Assembly (NCBI GenBank): GCA_038279365.1
Contig: JAYODI010000011.1
Location: 1 to 13,384, forward strand
DNA length: 13,384 bases
DNA from: Candidatus Latescibacterota bacterium
GTDB taxonomy: Bacteria; Latescibacterota; UBA2968
Direction of reading: 5' to 3'
In this document: piece by piece, positions 6,759-13,384 of the stretch
Layout: each line of letters starts with the position of its first letter
How positions within the stretch are numbered: the stretch's first letter is position 1
Translations under genes and position numbers: made by a program
The notes under the pieces: generated by a model
The model's database searches: none
Seen by the model: the letters and a program-made list of their open reading frames with translations, nothing else
Told to the model about the DNA's origin: nothing

Positions 6759-8297
6759 ATGTTCCATAGATACCGTTTCATACGCTTCATATTCACACTC
6801 GTCACCCTACTTGTTGGCCAACCCATATTTGCTCAAGACACACCCGCTCCATCATCGGGTTGGATCAATCAGCAAATAGATGCGTTGGGAAATCATATGG
6901 GAGCCGCAGCCAATTTTCTCTTTACCATCTTCTTCTATGATTTTGGTCTAAAGATTCCCTTAATCATCATCATTTTGGTGGGGGGGGGCATTTATTACAC
7001 CTTCTATTTTGGGTTTTTACCCATTAGAGGCTTCAAACACGCCATAGATGTAATCAGAGGTCGATATGATAATCCCGACGACCCCGGTGAAATCTCACAC
7101 TTTAAAGCCCTCACCAGTGCCCTTTCCGCTACCATTGGACTTGGCAATATTGGGGGGGTGGCCGTCGCTGTAGGCACGGGCGGCCCAGGGGCTGTCTTTT
7201 GGATGATGGTCACTGCCTTTTTTGGTATGTCATCCAAATTGGCTTCTTGCACACTGGCCGTTCTTTATCGCAAAGTGAATCCCGATGGTCATATATCGGG
7301 TGGTCCCATGTATTATTTACAAGAAGGACTCGCCCAAAAAGGGTTGGCCCCATTAGGAAAAACATTGGCCGTCATTTTTGCCTTGCTCACATTGGGTGGA
7401 TCTTTTGGTGGTGGCAATATGTTTCAAGCCAATCAAGCCATAGAAATTTTGAGTACCGTCGTACCTAGTGCCAAAACATATAACTGGCTCATAGGTATCA
7501 TTCTCGCCTTTTTTGTGGCCATTGTCATCATCGGTGGCATTAAGCGCATTGGCAATGTCACCTCTCGTTTGGTGCCTGCCATGTGCCTCCTCTACGTGAC
7601 GGCCGCTTTGGGCATCATTCTTTTGCACATTCACAATTTGCCCGATATGCTTTCGGTCATTTTTGAAGAAGCCTTTACCGGTCGTGCCATATATGGTGGT
7701 TTTTTAGGTGCACTTATTATGGGTGTTCGCCGGGCTGCCTTCTCCAACGAAGCAGGACTCGGTTCTGCAGCATTTGCACATGCCGCCGCCAAAACCGACG
7801 AACCCGCCCGCGAAGGCATGGTTGCTATGATTGGCCCATTTATTGACACCATAATTATCTGCCTCATGACAGCCCTTGTATGCATGATCACTGGTGTTTA
7901 CAACGACCCCGAGTTTGCAGGCAAAGGGGTTTCTATGACCAGTGCGGCATTTGAAGCCTTTATTCCAGGTGCCAGTTATGTATTGGCCCTTGTGGTCATG
8001 CTTTTTGCATATTCCACCATGATTTCTTGGTCTTATTATGGCGAACGTGCCTGGGAATATCTGTTTGGTCTCGATTCCATCATCATTTACCGCATTATTT
8101 TTGTCTGTTTTGTCTTTATTGGCTCAGTCACCGCATTACAAAGTGTTTTAGACTTTTCCGATGCAATGATCTTAGGAATGGCATTTCCCAACATCATTGG
8201 GGGCATTATTTTAAGCCCACAAATCAAAGCAGTGCTCAACGATTATTGGCAACGATACAAATCTGGGCAAATGCCGACTTATACCGATTCAAAATAA
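6759..8297 (+). CDS. Alanine/glycine:cation symporter (AGCS family, AlsT/DagA/AgcS-like)
   Basis: GEISHFKAL..ALSATIGLGNIGGVAVA...GGPGAVFWM, SGGPMYYL, GNMFQANQ, RRAAFSNEAGLGSA, FIDTIIIC, FAYSTMISWSYYGE. Confidence 0.95.
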   Translation: MFHRYRFIRFIFTLVTLLVGQPIFAQDTPAPSSGWINQQIDALGNHMGAAANFLFTIFFYDFGLKIPLIIIILVGGGIYYTFYFGFLPIRGFKHAIDVIRGRYDNPDDPGEISHFKALTSALSATIGLGNIGGVAVAVGTGGPGAVFWMMVTAFFGMSSKLASCTLAVLYRKVNPDGHISGGPMYYLQEGLAQKGLAPLGKTLAVIFALLTLGGSFGGGNMFQANQAIEILSTVVPSAKTYNWLIGIILAFFVAIVIIGGIKRIGNVTSRLVPAMCLLYVTAALGIILLHIHNLPDMLSVIFEEAFTGRAIYGGFLGALIMGVRRAAFSNEAGLGSAAFAHAAAKTDEPAREGMVAMIGPFIDTIIICLMTALVCMITGVYNDPEFAGKGVSMTSAAFEAFIPGASYVLALVVMLFAYSTMISWSYYGERAWEYLFGLDSIIIYRIIFVCFVFIGSVTALQSVLDFSDAMILGMAFPNIIGGIILSPQIKAVLNDYWQRYKSGQMPTYTDSK

Positions 8298-8349
8298 CCA
8301 TCTTTTTGTGATCACTGGCAGTTTTTAGTATATGAATTTTGGAGGCCTT

Positions 8350-8820
8350 ATGAAACGCACATTAATAATATGCATCGTGCTCATCACATGCATGGGCTGT
8401 AGCCGCAATGGCGAATACCAATATCTGTCACAACTCAATCTCATCGAACCTGCAGAAACCCTTTTGCCCAAAATCACACAACGGTTAATCAACTCAGAGT
8501 TTCGCAAAAATTACGACCAGACCTTGGTAGACCGCATCGGCTCATCATTTAAAAACTTCACACATATTCGGGCCTATCAAGTCGTCTTAGAAGATGCTCT
8601 CATCTACCTCATGATCAAAACCAACAAAGCTCATTTGGATGACAATTTGAGAAACGCACTCATACATCCCGTATCCAAGCTCATTCTTAGCCATCGTTCA
8701 GGTAGCGAATTCATCGCAGGGCTTGATAAACTTGCCCAAATACTCAACCAAAAAAATCCTGACACCTTAACAGAAACAATCAATGCCTACGATGCCCAAC
8801 TCCAAACAGAAGGCGACTGA
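8350..8820 (+). CDS. Hypothetical lipoprotein
   Basis: GGAGG SD at 8341-8345 before ATG 8350. MKRTLIICIVLITCMG-C is a basic + hydrophobic + lipobox-like signal. It fills the gap between co-oriented genes. No family recognised. Confidence 0.7.
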   Translation: MKRTLIICIVLITCMGCSRNGEYQYLSQLNLIEPAETLLPKITQRLINSEFRKNYDQTLVDRIGSSFKNFTHIRAYQVVLEDALIYLMIKTNKAHLDDNLRNALIHPVSKLILSHRSGSEFIAGLDKLAQILNQKNPDTLTETINAYDAQLQTEGD

Positions 8821-8833
8821 GCGCATTAAATAC

Positions 8834-9955
8834 ATGACCAATCAAACCACACATATTGTCGTTATTGGTGCAGGTATCATTGGCTGTTCCATTGCCTATC
8901 ATCTGGCCAAGCAAGGCACAAATGTCACTCTGCTCGATACACAAGAACCAGGTCAAGGCGCCACAGCCGTATCATTTGCGTGGCTCAATGGCAGAGACAA
9001 AAACCCACGCCACTATCACGATCTCAATCGCCGTGCCTTAGACCATTGGCCCCGATTTGCAAGACAATTAGGTACAGAATCGGCACTCACGTGGGGAGGT
9101 GAACTGCGGTGGGCCGCCACGGATGAAGATGCAGAAGAAATAGTACAACGTGTGCGCACACTACAATCTTGGGGATACCCCATTTATCTGCTCAATGCCG
9201 ATGAGGTTGCCCAATTGGAACCTCACCTGACACCAGGGCCCCTTACCGTTGCCTCTTATACCGAAATAGACGGGCAGGTAGATACCCAAGCAATTATCGA
9301 TGCCTGTATCAAAAGCTTAGAAAAACACAGCGCAACGCTTTACAAAACACAAGTCATTGGCTTTTCTCAAACACAACACAAAATACAAAGCGTGATCACA
9401 ACTGCAGGTGAAATAGCTTGTGACACAGTGGTCTTGGCTGCCGGCCCAGATACGGCAGAGCTGGCACATTTGGCCAATGTTCACGTGCCCCTATATGATA
9501 CATTTGGATGCACCATCATCACCGAACCTGTTCCGCCCATCTTCCAAAATGTTTCTGTCGTACACAGCCCACGAGACACCCCACCTCAAACCAACTTTAG
9601 ACAACTCCCAAATGGCATGGTCATGATGCACGGCGGTGCTCATGGACGTGTCTTTGATGGGGGATCACTCGGGCAAAATGACAAAGAAATTCAAACCGTA
9701 AGAGATGCTGTGGCACGCTATGTGCCTGCACTTGAAGGCGCCCCCATTCGCGAAATACGCCAAGGCCGTCGCCCCATCCCCAAAGATGGACATCCCATTT
9801 TGGGTTTTACCAAACAAGTCACCAATCTCTATTTGTCCGTTATGCACAGTGGCGTCACCTTAGCACCACTCATCGGTGAAACAGCGTCACTCGAAATCCT
9901 CGAACAAACACACATCGACTATCTCGAACCCTACCGCCTCGCACGATTTGAATAA
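8834..9955 (+). CDS. FAD-dependent oxidoreductase, D-amino acid/glycine oxidase (DAO/DadA) family
   Basis: HIVVIGAGIIG dinucleotide-binding motif, GATAVSFAWLN, VVLAAG, RPIPKDGHPILG, MHSGVTLAP. Start at ATG 8834 avoids overlap with the upstream gene. Confidence 0.92.
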   Translation: MTNQTTHIVVIGAGIIGCSIAYHLAKQGTNVTLLDTQEPGQGATAVSFAWLNGRDKNPRHYHDLNRRALDHWPRFARQLGTESALTWGGELRWAATDEDAEEIVQRVRTLQSWGYPIYLLNADEVAQLEPHLTPGPLTVASYTEIDGQVDTQAIIDACIKSLEKHSATLYKTQVIGFSQTQHKIQSVITTAGEIACDTVVLAAGPDTAELAHLANVHVPLYDTFGCTIITEPVPPIFQNVSVVHSPRDTPPQTNFRQLPNGMVMMHGGAHGRVFDGGSLGQNDKEIQTVRDAVARYVPALEGAPIREIRQGRRPIPKDGHPILGFTKQVTNLYLSVMHSGVTLAPLIGETASLEILEQTHIDYLEPYRLARFE

Positions 9956-10017
9956 CATCAAAAATCTAATGATCCCACCTCATATTGCCATTTTAAAGGT
10001 GCCATCCAAAGACCAAT

Positions 10018-10791
10018 ATGACACATCCACACCCTATTCAAATCCACTTATCAGACTACACCACAACAGGCATAAACCATCGTACCAGCTCACAATCTCA
10101 AATTTATCTCTACCAAAAACCAAACGCCCCCGATCTTTTTCTTAAAATCAATATGGGCAGCACCGATGCACCCCTTATTCTTGAAAAAGAGGCGATGGAT
10201 TGGTTACAAGACAAACTTCCCGTCCCCCGCGTAATTGCTTATTGCAAAAAAGATGAAACCGCCTATCTGCTCACCCAACGCATAGATGGCGTCAGCTCTG
10301 AACAATTACAACACAACAAAGAAAATACGGTGGCCATTCTCGCCAAAGGTTTACGTTCCATTCACAACACATCCATTATCAATTGTCCGCTGCCACAATA
10401 CACTGCGCAAAACCTCATCCAAGAAGCAAAAAAAAACGTCCAAAAAGGCATCGTCACGGCCCAATCTCTCCAAGCACGCGGTGACAAACGCACACCTCAA
10501 GAAGCCCTCGATCAAGTTATATCTCTCTGCCCACAAACAGAACACTCCACTTTCACCCACGGCGACTATTGTTTGCCCAATGTTATGATTCGCAACAACA
10601 CGCTCTCAGGGTTTATAGACTGGGGTTCGGCGGGTGTGGGTGACCCGCATCGCGACCTTGTTTCTGCCCAATACAGCATTCGCCGCAACCTGGGTGAAGA
10701 ATGGCTTACTCCGTTCTTCGATCACTATGGTCTCGATCAAATCAATGAAAAAACATTGGCCTTTTATCGTGCCATTTATGAACTCACATGA
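10018..10791 (+). CDS. Aminoglycoside 3'-phosphotransferase (APH(3'))-like kinase
   Basis: LFLK (ATP Lys), E...MDWLQDKLPVPRV, LAKGLRSIH...NCP, Brenner motif HGDYCLPNV, GFIDWG..GVGD..RDL, FFDHYG. Confidence 0.85.
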   Translation: MTHPHPIQIHLSDYTTTGINHRTSSQSQIYLYQKPNAPDLFLKINMGSTDAPLILEKEAMDWLQDKLPVPRVIAYCKKDETAYLLTQRIDGVSSEQLQHNKENTVAILAKGLRSIHNTSIINCPLPQYTAQNLIQEAKKNVQKGIVTAQSLQARGDKRTPQEALDQVISLCPQTEHSTFTHGDYCLPNVMIRNNTLSGFIDWGSAGVGDPHRDLVSAQYSIRRNLGEEWLTPFFDHYGLDQINEKTLAFYRAIYELT

Positions 10792-11318
10792 CACCTTCCA
10801 ATCTACACATCGAACACGTGCCACTCGAAAAACGCGACCATTTTCTACAAATGGCCAAATGCTATTGGCACGAAATCATGCCCCAATCAGCCATTCTCAA
10901 ATCACAAGAAGCACTACAAGCCTATTTCATCGACACATTCACTTGGAATAATGGCAACAAACACCCTTATTGGGCATTGTGCAACACAGAACCCGTCGGT
11001 TTTATATCCATTGAATTAGAGCATGATTCAAACACAACAGACAGCAAACAGGCTTATGTTCACGACTTCTATATTGCATCACGACACCGTCGCAAAGGAT
11101 ATGGGGCAAAACTTGTCCATTGGCTCTTTTCACACCTCGACCCATTGGGCATAGAACGCCTCGATCTCAATGTGCGTCGAGACAATCCCAACGCACTTGC
11201 ATTTTGGCAAGCACAAGGCTTTGGCATTGCCGGTTACAGCATGCGCATGTATCGCAACCCCCATATAGGTACTGCATACAAAGGCGTCCTCTCTTCCGAT
11301 TTTGTAAATGAAGAATGA
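10788..11318 (+). CDS. GNAT-family N-acetyltransferase
   Basis: PVGFI strand, acetyl-CoA motif FYIASRHRRKGYG, L-N-V...NPNALAFWQAQGF. ATGA overlap with the upstream stop. Confidence 0.9.
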   Translation: MTPSNLHIEHVPLEKRDHFLQMAKCYWHEIMPQSAILKSQEALQAYFIDTFTWNNGNKHPYWALCNTEPVGFISIELEHDSNTTDSKQAYVHDFYIASRHRRKGYGAKLVHWLFSHLDPLGIERLDLNVRRDNPNALAFWQAQGFGIAGYSMRMYRNPHIGTAYKGVLSSDFVNEE

Positions 11319-11340
11319 AATATGCCCGGCTAAAACACAT

Positions 11341-11375
11341 AAAAAAAGCGAGTGGATAGTTCCACTCGCTTTTTT
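11341..11375. terminator. Bidirectional Rho-independent terminator
   Basis: AAAAAAAGCGAGTGGA-TAGT-TCCACTCGCTTTTTT, a perfect inverted repeat between the convergent GNAT and FGGY kinase genes. Confidence 0.93.
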
Positions 11376-11393
11376 ATTTTGCGTCTCAAATAA

Positions 11394-12977
11394 TTACTTC
11401 TTACGTCTGTCCACATGTTGCGCATACATTTTCAATTGGTGGGCATATTTCCAGTTGTGATAATCCGCCGTCTTTCGATCTGGCTCAATCACCTCACCCG
11501 CATGGCACATCGCACCCATTGCTTCTTGTATTGACCCAAATGCACCCGCAGCCACAGCACCCAAAATGGCCGAACCCAACAGCACCGCTTCCGGTTCTTT
11601 TGGCAAATGGATCGGGCGTTGTGTGGCATTGGCGTGTTCTTGAATCCACAATGCATTTTTAGTACCACCGCCACAAGCATTAATCTGTTTAATTTGATAC
11701 CCTTGTTTTTCCATTTCATCAATAATATGCCGCGTGCCATATGCCACGGCTTGAATGGTCGCATAATAAATTTGTGCCAGTGTGTCATATGACATATCCA
11801 AAGTCAAACCATCCATCACACCGCGTGCGTCAGGGTCTGCCTTTGGTGATCGGTTGCCGTGATGATCTGGCAAAATATGCAACCGCGACGTCCATTCTGG
11901 GCCCACACCTTTATCGGCAATGTAGTTATTCAGTTCGGCATATACCGTGTTGATATCTTTCCCCGTAAGCACATGCCAATATTTATCACCTTCTTTCACC
12001 ATGCCAAACCGCTCTATGGTATAATCTAAGAGCGCACCTGTTGCACTTTGCCCACCTTCACTCAACCACAACCCAGGCACCATGGCACTAAAATAAGGCC
12101 CCCACACACCCGGAATAAAACGTGCTTCTTTCGACACGGCCATATGACAAGAAGAGGTGCCTCCTATCAATGCCAAGATAGGTTCATCAACACCCACACC
12201 AATGCCACCTGCATGCGCATCAATAATACCCACGCCCACTGCCGTTTTGGTCGTCAAACCCAAATGCTTTGCGGCTTTGGCACTCAGCATACCCGCCTTT
12301 TCACCCATAGGCGCCACATTTGAAGTCACCTTATCATCATCAAACACATCCCCCAAACCAATCGCATCAAAAAACGACTGATCCCAGCGCGACTCATGCC
12401 CCAAGTAAGTCCACTTACATACATTCGTACACAAGCTACGCAAATCAACACCCGTTGCTTCATAAACCAAATAATCTGCCAAATCCAAAAATTTTCCTGC
12501 CTGAAGCCAGGTGTTGGGCAAGTTTTCTTTGAGCCACAAAAGCTTGGGCGGTTCTTGCTCGGGCGACATAATGCCCCCCACATATTGCAACACATCATAC
12601 CCACCCGCATTGATGCGATTCACCTGATCAATGGCCCGATGATCGCGCCAAACAATCACATTGCGTTCTTGCTCGCCTGTTTCAGAAACCGTTAAAGGAT
12701 GACCCTTTTTATCCAAAACAACCAAAGAACAGGTGGCATCAAAACTCAAGCCAATCACATTTTCGGCAGATATACCAGCTTCTGCAAGCGCACCGCGCAC
12801 CACACGCCCCGTTTCGGCCCAAATATTTTCTGAAGATTGCTCATAAAAATCAGCCTTGGGATGAAATTCCAAAATAGGCGACGATGCCGATCCCAACATC
12901 TCTCCCTGAAGTGTAAACACCCCCGCTCGCACACTGCCCGTTCCCACATCAACACCAATGACCACTTGATCTGCCAT
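11394..12977 (-). CDS. FGGY-family carbohydrate kinase, D-ribulokinase/pentulose kinase type
   Basis: IGVDVGTGSVRAG, FDATCSL, WRDHRA, MSPEQEPPKLLWLKE, SLCTNVCKWTY, IDAHAGGIG, GTSSCHM, PGVWGPY, EGGQSATG, HGNRSPKADP. GAGGTG SD precedes ATG 12977. Confidence 0.93.
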   Translation of the reverse strand: MADQVVIGVDVGTGSVRAGVFTLQGEMLGSASSPILEFHPKADFYEQSSENIWAETGRVVRGALAEAGISAENVIGLSFDATCSLVVLDKKGHPLTVSETGEQERNVIVWRDHRAIDQVNRINAGGYDVLQYVGGIMSPEQEPPKLLWLKENLPNTWLQAGKFLDLADYLVYEATGVDLRSLCTNVCKWTYLGHESRWDQSFFDAIGLGDVFDDDKVTSNVAPMGEKAGMLSAKAAKHLGLTTKTAVGVGIIDAHAGGIGVGVDEPILALIGGTSSCHMAVSKEARFIPGVWGPYFSAMVPGLWLSEGGQSATGALLDYTIERFGMVKEGDKYWHVLTGKDINTVYAELNNYIADKGVGPEWTSRLHILPDHHGNRSPKADPDARGVMDGLTLDMSYDTLAQIYYATIQAVAYGTRHIIDEMEKQGYQIKQINACGGGTKNALWIQEHANATQRPIHLPKEPEAVLLGSAILGAVAAGAFGSIQEAMGAMCHAGEVIEPDRKTADYHNWKYAHQLKMYAQHVDRRKK

Positions 12978-12997
12978 AAAACACCTCATACATCAAT

Positions 12998-13384
12998 TTA
13001 TTTTTGCATTTCATTCGCTGTTTGTCGCTTCTTACATGCTTTTTTAACCACATCTTTTAATTCATTAAACCGAAACGGTTTGGTAATATGATAGTCAAAT
13101 GCCTTGATGACATCGTCATCACCCATCACATCCCACCCCGTCATCAAAATCGTAACCAAATTGGGTTCAATTTCTTTTAACTTCAAAGACAATGCATCAC
13201 CCGACATGCCTGGCAATTTTAGATCCAACAAGGCCACATCGTAAAACCCGACTTCAAACAAACCCAACGCACGTTCGGCCTCTTCAAATGGTGTTAAATC
13301 ATATTCTGCCAATGCCGTTTTAAGCACATCAAAAACGGCCTCTTCATCATCAACCACCAAAATACGTGACGGTCGCGATTCACC
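12998..13384 (-). CDS. Response-regulator receiver domain, 5'-truncated by the window; possibly the C-terminal domain of a hybrid histidine kinase
   Basis: The frame is open to the window edge (GESRPSRILVVDDE). It has phospho-acceptor LLDLKLPGMSG, ILMTG and ITKPF. Confidence 0.88.
   Translation of the reverse strand, partial: GESRPSRILVVDDEEAVFDVLKTALAEYDLTPFEEAERALGLFEVGFYDVALLDLKLPGMSGDALSLKLKEIEPNLVTILMTGWDVMGDDDVIKAFDYHITKPFRFNELKDVVKKACKKRQTANEMQK

Noticed and set aside
6526..6767. 72-aa (+) and 73-aa (-) ORFs in the sulP/symporter gap
   Set aside because: They have no recognisable motifs or convincing SD, overlap the neighbouring starts, and occupy the divergent promoter region.
9956..11340. 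APH/GNAT as integron cassettes or transposon cargo
   Set aside because: No attC-like inverted repeats, IS ends or transposase, and composition looks like the flanking genes.

Overview
Bacterial chromosomal window of moderate-to-low GC, holding 12 protein-coding genes and no recognisable mobile element, CRISPR array, rRNA or tRNA. Left to right: a terminator and a ~130-nt structured AT-rich element; a minus-strand pair (M20 metallo-amidohydrolase and gamma-butyrobetaine-hydroxylase-like Fe(II)/2OG dioxygenase); a solitary FliL-like gene; a LolA-like periplasmic protein; an archaeal-type TrmY tRNA methyltransferase; a SulP/STAS anion permease; a plus-strand run (alanine/glycine:cation symporter, orphan lipoprotein, FAD-dependent DAO-family oxidase, APH(3')-like kinase, GNAT) closed by a bidirectional terminator; an FGGY pentulose kinase; and a receiver domain cut by the window edge. 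The strongest leads are the unannotated multi-stem RNA-like element at 138-268, the bacterial trmY, the M20 enzyme with His in place of the catalytic Glu next to a GBBH-like oxygenase, and the translationally coupled APH(3')-like/GNAT pair with a non-canonical C-terminus. All calls come from reading motifs by eye; no searches were run.
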